A DNA stretch of 29,896 nucleotides from Okeania sp. GTDB taxonomy: Bacteria; Cyanobacteriota; Cyanobacteriia; Cyanobacteriales; Microcoleaceae. The notes under the pieces were generated by a model, which did not search any database, had not been told where the DNA came from, and saw only the letters and a program-made list of their open reading frames with translations. How positions within the stretch are numbered: the first letter of the stretch is position 1; every line of letters starts with the position of its first letter. Both the position numbers and the translations under genes were made by a program. Where the stretch lies: contig NZ_JAYKGW010000144.1 of assembly GCF_035285525.1 (NCBI RefSeq), positions 1-29,896 on the forward strand. The letters run 5' to 3'. Below, piece by piece: positions 8,653 to 18,678 of the stretch.

Positions 8653-9796
8653 ATGAATCCAGAAAAATTTCAAAATACCCCTACAGGAAAATTCGTACAA
8701 GTTGCAGACAATCAAAATTCTTGCTTCGCTTTTGTTCCTCATCCTCTACCACCAAAACTAGAATTAGATATAGAAATTTTTAATGCTTCATCTGAAGCTT
8801 CTTTAGCTTTAGGAGAACTAGCAGGTTTAGGACGTACTATGCCTAATCCAAATCTTTTAATTCGTCCCTTCATTCGTCGTGAGGCAGTATTATCTTCTCG
8901 TATCGAAGGAACACAAGCTGATATCACAAACCTTTATGCCTATGAAACAGGACAAGGACAATTAACTTTCCCTGGTGTGCTTCCTCCTACTTCAAAATCT
9001 GATGTGCAAGAAGTTCTTAATTATGTGCGGACACTAGAATATGGTTTAGAAAGACTCAAAACATTGCCAGTATGCTTGCGTTTTCTTTGTGAACTTCACG
9101 AACGTTTAGTTACTGGAGTAAGAGTTGAAACAGCTACTCCAGGAGAGTTTCGGAAAATTCAAAACTGGATTGCTTCAGAAGGAACGAGTATAAATGAGGC
9201 TAGGTTTATACCTCCTCCAACGCCAGAAATGCAAGAGTGTCTTAGACAGTTAGAGGTATATTTGAACAATAAGTGTATTTATCCACCACTTATACGCATA
9301 GGTTTAATTCATTATCAATTTGAAACTATTCATCCATTTTTAGATGGCAATGGGCGCATAGGAAGACTGTTAATTTCTCTTTTGCTCTTAAGTTGGAATC
9401 TTTTGCCTCTTCCTCTACTTTATCTGAGTGCTTTTTTTGAGCGTAACCGTCAAATGTACTACGATTTAATGCTGAATGTTAGTCGGAACGGTGGTTGGCG
9501 TGATTGGTTGATTTTTTTTACAGGGGGTGACAGAACAATCTAAAGACGCTGTTATTCGTTCAAAACAGTTGCAAGACTTACAAATAAAGTGGCGAGAAAA
9601 GTTAACTCAACCCCGTGGTTCAGTTTCACCTCTACGTTTAGTTGATAGTTTGTTTGAATCGCCAATACTTACTATTCCTCAAGCTCAGGAGATTTTGTCT
9701 GTCACCTATAAATCTGCACAGCAAAATGTTGAAAAACTTGTGACAGCAGGCATTTTAGTACAAGCAAGTGAAACTTCATACGGCAAAGTTTTTTAG
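8653..9796 (+). pseudogene. Fic family protein (class II type, N-terminal inhibitory motif), split into two ORFs by a 1-nt frameshift in a T8 run. It is either a pseudogene or an assembly error.
   Basis: The Fic motif HPFLDGNGRIGRLL and an [ST]xxxE[GN]-type motif SSRIEG are both present. ORF 8653-9543 and ORF 9527-9796 overlap at the T8 run (9512-9519). Deleting one T gives the continuous reading ...DWLIFLQGVTEQSKDAVIRSKQLQDL... Confidence 0.85.
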
Positions 9797-9831
9797 CACC
9801 AGAGGTTCTAAAAATCATTGGTGAATAATAG

Positions 9832-9870
9832 GCAAATTATACTTTCAGCGACGAAAGTATAATTTGCTTT
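9832..9870 (+). terminator. Intrinsic-terminator-like hairpin downstream of the Fic gene
   Basis: Perfect 15-bp stem gcaaattatactttc / gaaagtataatttgc with a 6-nt loop, followed by ttt. Confidence 0.6.
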
Positions 9871-10211
9871 GGGACAATTATACTTATGTATCATTCTGGT
9901 AAAAATCAAGAATATATTTTGAATTTATTTTTTTATCTAGAACACTAACTGGAGAGGGAAATATACTATAAATTCGTAACTTGTAGCGATCTAAGTATAA
10001 GTATTAGCTGTATTATAAAGGTGAAGTGATAAATAAGAGACCAAAAAAGTTATAAGATTAAGTATAACTATACAAAAAAATATAATCATTTGTTTTTTTA
10101 TTTGACGATATATTTTTGAGAACCAAACCTTGTCTTTATTGAGAAAACCATACTATAGTATACTATGTTTTATTATTTTATATTTTATATTTTTCCAGGG
10201 AGACTTGTAGC

Positions 10212-10991
10212 ATGGGTTTTGTTAAGGAAATTGTCTCTAGTGTTGATAGTAGTTCAGATGTAAGTAGCGAGATCAAGGAAACGCTCAATATTCTTATGAA
10301 TCTGGCTGAAGCAAAAACTTTAGTATTTGAGACGGAAATAGAAAAAGACCTTCAAATGGGGAAAACGAGTGACAAAAATTTGAATATTTCAGTTACTAAG
10401 GTAATTCAAAAAAAGTCTCAATGCCGCGCCAAAACAAGTCAAGAAGTTCCTTTTGTAGAAAAAATTCAAGAAGCCTTAAAAAACTTATTTTCTAGCGATC
10501 CGAAAATTTTCTCTGCTGTTTCAGATGTTATCAATTCAAGTCTACAATTGATTATAGGAACTGGTGAGGGAACACAATCAATAGTTAAAGTCTACGAAGT
10601 TGTTGCTGAGTATCCTGCCATCGTTAGATTTGATTTCTGGTTCTGGGGACAGAATATTAAATCAGAATCGTTAAAGAAACATATGGAAAGTGTTTTTTCT
10701 TGTGTCGCTTACAAATCAGCTGTTGATGTCCAAAAGTTGACTTTTAATGAATTTCTTTCTTTGTATGGCACAGTTCTAAATAAAGCCTTTGGAGCAGAGC
10801 ACGATAAAATAAAAGATTTTATCGCTCAATCTCAAGAAATCTACAAGCTTTTAAAAGAGGAAGATACTTCGCTTGGAGCACCAATATCATCTCATAAAGA
10901 TACTTCGCTTGAAGCACCATTATCAGAGTATTTGGAATTAGTTTTAAATCTTTCCCCAGATTCTAGCCACATTTATCACAAATTGATATGA
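10212..10991 (+). CDS. Orphan hypothetical protein (259 aa) with a C-terminal 36-bp tandem duplication
   Basis: ATG start with the purine-rich ggagac upstream. I recognise no motif. gatacttcgcttggagcaccaatatca at 10863 recurs at 10899 (DTSLGAPIS / DTSLEAPLS). The ORF is flanked by about 400 bp and 770 bp of very AT-rich non-coding DNA. Confidence 0.55.
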   Translation: MGFVKEIVSSVDSSSDVSSEIKETLNILMNLAEAKTLVFETEIEKDLQMGKTSDKNLNISVTKVIQKKSQCRAKTSQEVPFVEKIQEALKNLFSSDPKIFSAVSDVINSSLQLIIGTGEGTQSIVKVYEVVAEYPAIVRFDFWFWGQNIKSESLKKHMESVFSCVAYKSAVDVQKLTFNEFLSLYGTVLNKAFGAEHDKIKDFIAQSQEIYKLLKEEDTSLGAPISSHKDTSLEAPLSEYLELVLNLSPDSSHIYHKLI

Positions 10992-11647
10992 AAAACCGTA
11001 TAATAAGGGTTTCATGCTCTTGGAGAAATGATTTTAATTTGTAATCAGGCATTTGGGCAAGATAATTTTCGTTTAATGCCTGATTTTACCTGAAATTTAC
11101 CCACCCAAGAATTATACAATTAGAAGTAAAAGCTGATGCAATTGTTCAAGCGTGTATTATAGAATCTGTCGAACGTCGCGCAGATTTAGCATTTGAAGTT
11201 CAACGAACAGAATCTGACTACAACCAGATTTTCAGTGAAAACTATGAAAAAATTTTAGCAGAAAGTAGAGAAGAAATTGAAGATAGACGACTACCTGGTG
11301 ATGACTTATATTTACCAGTGGGAATAAATTGATTTTTCTACAAAACTAACCAGATATATGATATTCAACTCTGTCTCAGATATCTTTATATCTGAATTTC
11401 CTCTTTAATAAAAGGCCATAATGTCTGCTTGACAAGAGATATCTGGACTTTAAAATTTTTTAGGCTGAAAATGGCTTCAAATCCAGTATTGGCAAGGCAA
11501 ATACCTGAACGTGCTTAAAATGGCTGAAACCTAGATATATCAAGAAACCTCTGATTTCCAGGTAAAAGCATTGCAGTATAAAGGTTTGACCTTATTTTTA
11601 ACCTTTTTTTTCCTCAAGTTTAGATATGTTGATTTTAGAATAATAAT

Positions 11648-11684
11648 ATGAAGCAATCTCACTCAACTCCTGAGATTGCTTCAT
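11648..11684 (-). terminator. Hairpin downstream of hemB (candidate terminator)
   Basis: Perfect 14-bp stem atgaagcaatctca / tgagattgcttcat with a 9-nt loop, about 80 nt past the hemB stop. The trailing sequence on the minus strand is A/T-rich. Confidence 0.5.
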
Positions 11685-11764
11685 ACTTATAGTAAATCTT
11701 TCCTATCTATCAAACAGCTAAATAATTGAGTATTAGTCTAAGCTTACTAATTACAAAAACTCAA

Positions 11765-12746
<982 letters not shown>

Positions 12747-12841
12747 ATTTTTTTCTTTGATTATTATATTTTTGACTAAGGATTAAGTTTATGATGTTCC
12801 AATAGAAATATTGATGTTCATATAACAATTCTTTATATTTT

Positions 12842-12943
12842 AGGACTTACACGGGAGGAACCCGGTTTCTACGATAAATCGTTGTTTTGAGCAATAGAAG
12901 TCCACCCTCGTACCGGGTTTCTGGGTTCATCTGCGTAAGTCCT
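12842..12943. mobile_element. MITE-like repeat, family 1 (subtype shared with 14880-14982)
   Basis: aggacttacacgggaggaacccggtttctacg...ccctcgtaccgggtttctgggttcatctgcgtaagtcct, with terminal inverted repeats and internal cccggttt arms. Confidence 0.75.
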
Positions 12944-13147
12944 GAACTTTAAAAATGGCCAATTAACTATCAAAAGAAAAGTAAAGGGCAGAATATAAAA
13001 GCCGAAAATAATAATAACCTTGTAGGGACATTTTCTACAACATTCCTACTTTATGGTCTACTAATAATCAGATTTTGTCCATAAACCCAGTTGATGGGTA
13101 AATCCTCAGAATATGGCGCGGGGAAAGGATTTATGATTCATCTCCTC

Positions 13148-13247
13148 AGGAATTACGCAAAATAACCAAGAAACCAGGTTTATTGCCGTGATATTGTTGT
13201 TCAAACCAGGAAATATGGTTCATAAACCCGGTTTCTGCGTAAGTCCT
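13148..13247. mobile_element. MITE-like repeat, family 1 (subtype shared with the miaA insertion)
   Basis: aggaattacgcaaaataaccaagaaaccaggtttattgccgtgatattgttgttcaaaccaggaaatatggttcataaacccggtttctgcgtaagtcct. Confidence 0.75.
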
Positions 13248-13396
13248 AATCTTTTCTAAAACTATGCAACGCCCAAAATATTGTCAAATTCTCAAACAAA
13301 GTATAACATAACTACCAAATTTTAATTTTGATATTAAAATGCAGCAGCAGAAGTTAAAATCTTTGCTACTAAAATTACTTTAGGAGAATTAGCATT

Positions 13397-14455
13397 ATGA
13401 AAGAATCAGCACTTGTGCCAATAGGAATTGTAGGTGCTTCTGGTTATGGCGGGGTGCAACTTGTGAAACTTCTCCGGGATCATCCCCAAGTTGAAGTTGT
13501 TTACTTGGGAGGAGATAGCAGTGCTGGAAAACCTTTTTCCTCAATTTATCCTCATCTAGAAGATTTTGTAGATTTAAAAGTAGAACCAATAGATGTGGAC
13601 AAAATTGCCAGTAAATGCAAGATAGTTTTCCTTTCTCTACCCAATGGTTTAGCCTGGAAAATAGCACCTTCTTTATTAGAAAAAGGATGTAAAGTATTAG
13701 ACTTATCTGCTGACTATCGGTTTGCTAATCTTGAAACTTATAAATCTTGGTATGGTGGTGAACGTACAGATAAAAAGATAGCTGCTACTGCTGTGTATGG
13801 TTTACCAGAGTTGTATCACGATCGCATAGCCAATGCTCAACTTATTGGTTGTCCTGGTTGCTATGTTACTGCTAGTCTCTTAGCACTTGCACCACTATTT
13901 AAACAGGGTTTGATAGTACCGGAAACTGCAATTATTGATGCGAAGTCTGGTACATCTGGAGGAGGGCGAAAGGCAAATATTAATATGTTGCTAGCTGAAG
14001 CTGATAACTCTGTTGGTGCTTATGGAGTAGCTAGTCACCGACACACTCCAGAAATTGAACAAATCTGTAGCGATCTCGCAGGTTATGATGTGAAAGTCCA
14101 GTTTACACCCCATCTAATGCCAATGGTACGGGGAATATTGGCTACAGTGTATGGTACTCTCAGAGATCCAGGGTTAGTACGAGAAGATTTGTTGACTATT
14201 TACGATAATTTTTATCGTAAAAACCCTTGGGTGAAAGTTTTACCCAGTGGCACTTATCCTCAAACTAAATGGGTTTGTGGTACTAATTCATGTTATCTGG
14301 GTATTGAGGTGGATCATCGTACTGATAGAGTGATTATTCTGTCGGCTATTGATAATCTGCTCAAAGGTCAAGCTGGACAAGGAGTTCAGTGTATGAATTT
14401 GATGATGGGTTGGGAAGAAACTTTGGGGTTGCCTCAATTGAGCTTTTATCCCTAA
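13397..14455 (+). CDS. argC: N-acetyl-gamma-glutamyl-phosphate reductase
   Basis: 352 aa with the N-terminal NAD(P)-binding [11 protein letters not shown] and the active-site Cys context [19 protein letters not shown] and the C-terminal [18 protein letters not shown] are typical of ArgC. Confidence 0.92.
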   Translation: MKESALVPIGIVGASGYGGVQLVKLLRDHPQVEVVYLGGDSSAGKPFSSIYPHLEDFVDLKVEPIDVDKIASKCKIVFLSLPNGLAWKIAPSLLEKGCKVLDLSADYRFANLETYKSWYGGERTDKKIAATAVYGLPELYHDRIANAQLIGCPGCYVTASLLALAPLFKQGLIVPETAIIDAKSGTSGGGRKANINMLLAEADNSVGAYGVASHRHTPEIEQICSDLAGYDVKVQFTPHLMPMVRGILATVYGTLRDPGLVREDLLTIYDNFYRKNPWVKVLPSGTYPQTKWVCGTNSCYLGIEVDHRTDRVIILSAIDNLLKGQAGQGVQCMNLMMGWEETLGLPQLSFYP

Positions 14456-14481
14456 TGGTATGGTTTTCGAGCTTCAGTAAC

Positions 14482-14649
14482 ACAACCATCTTGGTTGTTT
14501 GTAATTACTGCAATTTCGGAGGCGCGTGAGGTACAAAATTTTATTTAGTAATGAGTGGTGACACAACCTAGAAGGTTGTTACAGCAAACGAAGGCTAACT
14601 GCCAAGGGATTAAGTGTACCTCACGATCCTCATGCATTGCTGTAATTTA
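14482..14649. other. Nested inverted-repeat element (candidate structured RNA or composite palindromic repeat) just downstream of argC
   Basis: The outer helix aattactgcaat (14503-14514) / attgctgtaatt (14636-14647) pairs at 11 of 12 positions. The inner helix cgtgaggtac (14525-14534) / gtacctcacg (14616-14625) is a perfect 10 bp. Two similar 7-bp hairpins are present: acaacca-tct-tggttgt (14482-14498) and acaacct-aga-aggttgt (14563-14579). Confidence 0.45.
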
Positions 14650-14879
14650 AGGGGGTGAATTTCAGGTTTGCTGAAAAAAACAGAGTGTGGGAAGTATGGA
14701 GAGATGGGGAATAATTTTTTTGCTCAACTTTATTTTGCCCAAAATCGTAACTTTTTGACCATAAGTAGCTCAAAGGATCGCACTTTTTTATACTCTAAAA
14801 ATGCTCCTTTATTTGTAATGCTTTGCTAATTAATCAACAAAGCAATAATTAATTGAGATACAGTGTTTTTTATTTCAGC

Positions 14880-14982
14880 AGGACTAAAGCTATGGGAACC
14901 CAGAAACCCGGTACGAGGGTAGACGTTTACTGTTCAAAACAAGTATATGTCGTAGAAACCGGGTTCCTCCCGTGTAAGTCCT
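14880..14982. mobile_element. MITE-like repeat, family 1, in inverted orientation relative to 12842-12943
   Basis: Its reverse complement (aggacttacacgggaggaacccggtttctacg...ccctcgtaccgggtttctgggttcc...tagtcct) aligns end to end with 12842-12943. Confidence 0.75.
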
Positions 14983-15093
14983 GTTCAGTAAACCACAAAG
15001 TAGGGGTTTGAAGATCAAACCCCTAATACCAATTTGAAAAAATAATGGTACAAATGAACGACTGGAAATCATTGTTAGATTTGGCACGACTAC

Positions 15094-15624
15094 TTAATTA
15101 GAATTTTGTTGTTGAATACGGACCAACTCAGCTTTAATTCTTTCTCGCCAAGTTTCATCTTTTCTTTGAAGTTGGGTAATTACATTAAACCGAGAAACTG
15201 TCAAATTGTTTCCTTCAATAATTTTTTTAGCTTGATTGCAATAATTAACAGCAATTACCTTAATATCTTTTGGTAATCTATTTACACTGCTTTTCTCATT
15301 ACAAATAATTGGTGGTACAGCTCCACCAAGACTTTGTTTTTGAAATTCATTTTGAATTTCTGTATATACTCCTACTCTTAATTTCTCAATTTGTAATACT
15401 GAATTAGCATATTTAGTTATTTCTTCAGCAGTTACACCTTGATTTATGAAGGATTCTTGAGCATAAACTGGTGCATTAGACCAAGAAATTAATGATAGAT
15501 TTGAGACTCTAGGAACTATACCCGTCATTAAACCTAATGTAGACAAAGTTGCAATGAATAAAGACCGAGATATTAGTCTCTGAGGGTATAGTTCTATATT
15601 AGAAATTAATGTTTTAATGTTCAT
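15094..15624 (-). CDS. Secreted or periplasmic hypothetical protein, DUF4168-like
   Basis: The N-terminus has a hydrophobic signal-like segment (LFIATLSTLGLMTGIV). The pattern ITKYANSVLQIEKLRVGVYTEIQ...PPIICN...IAVNYCNQAKKIIEGNNLTVSRFNVI resembles cyanobacterial DUF4168 proteins. The family assignment is from memory only. Confidence 0.55.
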   Translation of the reverse strand: MNIKTLISNIELYPQRLISRSLFIATLSTLGLMTGIVPRVSNLSLISWSNAPVYAQESFINQGVTAEEITKYANSVLQIEKLRVGVYTEIQNEFQKQSLGGAVPPIICNEKSSVNRLPKDIKVIAVNYCNQAKKIIEGNNLTVSRFNVITQLQRKDETWRERIKAELVRIQQQNSN

Positions 15625-15658
15625 ACTTCATGATTAAAGAATAAATTTTCAACTATTA

Positions 15659-15758
15659 AGAATTACGGAAAAAATGGGTTTATAAACTATAATTTGTCAT
15701 ATCAAGTGATAAATTACGTTAATAAACCCGCTCTCCTGGTTTGAAGAACGTAAATCCT
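15659..15758. mobile_element. Degenerate MITE-like repeat, family 1
   Basis: agaattacggaaaaaatgggtttataaac...aataaacccgctctcctggtttgaagaacgtaaatcct. It has the same 100-bp length and arm layout as 13148-13247 but is diverged. Confidence 0.45.
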
Positions 15759-15928
15759 AACGATATATATAGAATAATTTTAATGTGAGAAAGTTCCCAA
15801 TTATACTACTTAAGTAAATATATTTAGGGTTGGCGCTAAAAAGTCTGTTAGTGAAGGTAGAGAATTGGTATAGGAACAGGCAATAAAAAAGAAGAAAAAC
15901 AACTGTAGCTCATCGGTTGGGAAACTGC

Positions 15929-15936
15929 TGTATAAT
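15929..15936 (+). promoter_or_regulatory. Candidate -10 element (TG-TATAAT) for the ABC ATPase gene
   Basis: ctgTATAATtttt lies 44 nt upstream of the ATG at 15980. It sits inside the TTG-extended ORF (15917), which argues for the 15980 start. Confidence 0.3.
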
Positions 15937-15979
15937 TTTTTATGTGAATATATTTCTGCTATTGAATTTCTCAATCATA

Positions 15980-17857
15980 ATGACTACTACTATATTAGAT
16001 GTTCGTAACCTCAAAGTTCAATTTACAACTGAAGAAAAACTCGTAAAAGCTGTTGAGAATATATCCTTTTCTGTCAAGAAAGGCCAAATCCTGGGAATTG
16101 TTGGAGAATCAGGTTCCGGAAAATCTGTCACCTCTTTAGCAACTATGGGTTTACTATTGGAAAAATCTTGCCAAATTAGCGGTGAAATTTGGTTTAATAA
16201 TTCCGCAGAAAATTCACAAAATTATCAGCCAGTAGATTTATTACAATTACCAGAAGCAGAAAAACAACTATACCGAGGTGGGAAAATTGCCATGATTTTC
16301 CAGGAACCTATGAGTTCTCTAAACCCAGTTTATACTATAGGATTTCAATTAACAGAAGCTATTAGATTGTATCAAAGTGTTTCCGCAGCAGAAGCACGAC
16401 GTAAAGCAGCATCCCTACTCCAAGAGGTAAAGCTTATTCCCAGTGATGAGGTATTGCGACAAAAATCTCTGGAGGAAATAACAGGAGATGGTTTAGGAAA
16501 ATCTCCTTTTACTAAAGGAGAAGAGGTAGGCGAACGCAAAATTATGCGGCAAGTTAACCAAAAAAAGCTAGCCATCTTAGATCGTTATCCCCATGAACTG
16601 TCTGGAGGTCAAATTCAAAGGGTAATGATAGCGATGGCGATTTCTTGTAATCCGACTTTATTAATTGCAGATGAACCGACAACTGCTTTAGATGTGACAG
16701 TGCAAGCAAAAATTTTAGAGTTGTTACGGGAATTGGGAAAAAGTAGAGGAATGTCTGTGATTTTTATCTCCCACGACTTGGGGGTAATTTCCGAAATAGC
16801 TGATATGGTAGCAGTTATGTATCAAGGTAAAATAGTGGAATATGGCGACATCGGGCGAATATTTTCTCAACCACAGCATCCTTATACTAAAGGTTTATTA
16901 GCTTGTCGTCCTCCCCTAGATAAAAAAGTTTTTCGTTTACCTACTGTTTCTGATTTCATGGAAGAGGTGACAAACTCTAATGGAGAAATAGAAATTCGGG
17001 AAAAAAATGCAGCAGTAGCGCAACCAGAAAATATAGATTTGGGAAAGAAAACAGTTTCGCCAACAACTGAAAATCCGATCTTGGCAGTTAATAATTTACG
17101 AGTTGGGTTCCCAGTTAAAGGAATATTTGGTCAAACCAAACGTCTATTGATGGCAGTTAATGATGTTTCTTTTAGTGTTGCTCGCAGTGAAACTCTGGGT
17201 TTAGTGGGAGAGTCTGGTTGTGGTAAAAGTACCTTAGCGAGAGCAATACTCCAATTAATTTCGGTTACGGGTGGAGAGGTATTTTTTGAAGGTCAAGAAA
17301 TTACAAAACCTCTGGGAGGAATATTGCGGAGTCTGCGACGGGATATGCAAATAATTTTTCAAGATCCTTTTGGCTCCCTCGATCCCCGTTTAACTGTGGG
17401 TGAAGCGGTGATGGAACCAATGTTAATTCATGGTGTCGGTAATCAGCAAGTGAGACGCGATCGCGCAGCATATTTATTAGAAAGGGTGGGATTAACTACT
17501 GATTCGTTAAGTCGTTATCCTTATGCTTTTTCTGGTGGGCAACGTCAACGGATTTGTATTGCTCGTGCTTTAGCATTAAATCCTAAATTAATTATTTGTG
17601 ATGAGTCGGTTTCTGCTTTGGATGTATCGGTGCAAGCGCAAGTGCTGAATTTATTGAAAGAATTGCAGGATGAATTTGGGTTGACATATATTTTTATTTC
17701 CCATGATTTGAGTGTCGTCAAATTTATGAGCGATCGGATCATGGTGATGAATCAAGGTAAAATTGAAGAAATTGGTCTTGCGGAACAAGTTTATAATCAA
17801 CCACAACGGGAGTATACGCGTCAACTTATTGCTTCTATTCCTACTGGAAATTTATAG
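15980..17857 (+). CDS. ABC transporter ATP-binding protein with duplicated ATPase domains (DppD/DppF-like fusion)
   Basis: It has two NBDs. NBD1 carries Walker A GESGSGKS, signature LSGGQIQR and Walker [16 protein letters not shown]2 carries Walker A GESGCGKS, signature FSGGQRQR and Walker [13 protein letters not shown]. Each NBD is followed by a PQHPYT / PQREYT motif. The start is taken at ATG 15980 ([13 protein letters not shown]) rather than TTG 15917. No permease or binding-protein gene is adjacent. Confidence 0.9.
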   Translation: MTTTILDVRNLKVQFTTEEKLVKAVENISFSVKKGQILGIVGESGSGKSVTSLATMGLLLEKSCQISGEIWFNNSAENSQNYQPVDLLQLPEAEKQLYRGGKIAMIFQEPMSSLNPVYTIGFQLTEAIRLYQSVSAAEARRKAASLLQEVKLIPSDEVLRQKSLEEITGDGLGKSPFTKGEEVGERKIMRQVNQKKLAILDRYPHELSGGQIQRVMIAMAISCNPTLLIADEPTTALDVTVQAKILELLRELGKSRGMSVIFISHDLGVISEIADMVAVMYQGKIVEYGDIGRIFSQPQHPYTKGLLACRPPLDKKVFRLPTVSDFMEEVTNSNGEIEIREKNAAVAQPENIDLGKKTVSPTTENPILAVNNLRVGFPVKGIFGQTKRLLMAVNDVSFSVARSETLGLVGESGCGKSTLARAILQLISVTGGEVFFEGQEITKPLGGILRSLRRDMQIIFQDPFGSLDPRLTVGEAVMEPMLIHGVGNQQVRRDRAAYLLERVGLTTDSLSRYPYAFSGGQRQRICIARALALNPKLIICDESVSALDVSVQAQVLNLLKELQDEFGLTYIFISHDLSVVKFMSDRIMVMNQGKIEEIGLAEQVYNQPQREYTRQLIASIPTGNL

Positions 17858-18035
17858 AAGCCATTTGGTATCTTTGCAGGGAGTGCAGGTTTTTGCCAAA
17901 GAAAACAAGAGTCAACCCACCCCTAACCCCTCCCAGGAGGGGAAAAAGGTAGAAAAATAGTCCCATATTCATCATCTCCCCATCTTCTCTCCTAATTTTA
18001 TATAACCCATTTGGGTTCTATAAATTTCTCCTTAG

Positions 18036-18091
18036 TGAGGTACAATCGCGCGGACAAGATGCCCGCACTATATGTTTTTCACTATTACCCT
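18036..18091. repeat. Dispersed ~56-bp repeat, copy 1
   Basis: tgaggtacaatcgcgcggacaagatgcccgcactatatgtttttcactattaccct, to be compared with 18528-18584. Confidence 0.7.
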
Positions 18092-18120
18092 GTACATCCT
18101 TTCCCCCTGCCAGGAGGGGT

Positions 18121-18252
18121 TATATAGAATCTGGTTGAACAGTAGTCCCTATCGACGAAGCGGAAGCAATCTCAGAGGTTTTGCGATCTGGCTTCCTTCC
18201 ACTGTGTTTCAGTCGCAATGACTTGGGTATACTAATTATCGGGATTCTATAT
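18121..18252. mobile_element. MITE-like repeat, family 2 (TIR tatatagaatcYggtt)
   Basis: tatatagaatctggttgaac at the left end and cgggattctatat at the right end. The termini and ~130-bp size match 24646-24775. Confidence 0.55.
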
Positions 18253-18302
18253 TAGGGGTGGGTTTATTTATAAGTATTCAACCGGAAATGATATAAGTCC
18301 TG

Positions 18303-18341
18303 AATTTGTTTGATTATTTTTTTTGATGAAGTAGTGCAAAA
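18303..18341 (+). repeat. 39-bp direct repeat, left copy (partner at 26082-26120)
   Basis: aatttgtttgattattttttttgatgaagtagtgcaaaa versus aaattgtttgattattttttttgatggagtagtgcaaaa, 37/39 identical. Confidence 0.8.
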
Positions 18342-18527
18342 ATCAATTTGTTATATAGATATCAACAAATTTTTGGAGACTGCCCCAAAGCATAGGAAAC
18401 TGGTTTTGTATTAAATACCACTCAGGTATTGGCATCTGTTTCCAACCAACCCCGTTTCTTGTAAAACCAGAGTGATTATTTCATAGCTTGATTGACTGAC
18501 ACCAAAATACAGCGCTTTCTTTTGTTA

Positions 18528-18584
18528 TGAGGTACTCCCGTGCGAGCAAGATGCCCGCACTACAATATTTTCGCGATTTACCCT
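18528..18584. repeat. Dispersed ~56-bp repeat, copy 2
   Basis: tgaggtactcccgtgcgagcaagatgcccgcactacaatattttcgcgatttaccct. Confidence 0.7.
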
Positions 18585-18678
18585 AAATTGAGCAAGTTCT
18601 ATGTACTCATTAGGCTCTAAATGAATATATTGTTATGATTAGGTTCTAGTTATGTTATAGTTAAGCTATATTGTGACT

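Noticed and set aside
8739-8927. 62-aa minus-strand ORF
   Set aside because: It is antisense within the Fic gene.
11084-11332. Open frame of about 82 codons ending at TGA 11330-11332
   Set aside because: It has no ATG, GTG or TTG start in frame and was absent from the ORF track. I treat it as a possible gene relic only, and it is mentioned in the findings.
11460-11560. Short repeated phrases (ggctgaaaatggcttcaaatcc / cttaaaatggctgaaacc) that briefly looked like degenerate CRISPR-type repeats
   Set aside because: There are only two short, imperfect matches with no regular spacing, which is insufficient for any call.
13395-13667. 90-aa minus-strand ORF
   Set aside because: It is antisense to the argC 5' end.
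14890-15087. 65-aa minus-strand ORF
   Set aside because: It is mostly made of the MITE at 14880-14982 plus a hairpin repeat, so it is a translated repeat rather than a gene.
16430-16590. Insertion of about 45 aa in the first NBD of the ABC ATPase ([42 protein letters not shown]), considered as a third in-frame MITE
   Set aside because: The DNA lacks the AGGACTTACGCA termini and the cccggttt arms of either MITE family. It may be a lineage-specific loop, and I cannot decide without alignment to orthologues.
16372-17960. ORFs 16372-16575 (-), 17545-17742 (-) and 17763-17960 (+)
   Set aside because: These are antisense or alternative-frame ORFs within or just beyond the ABC ATPase gene. The last one runs into the C/T-rich repeat tract.
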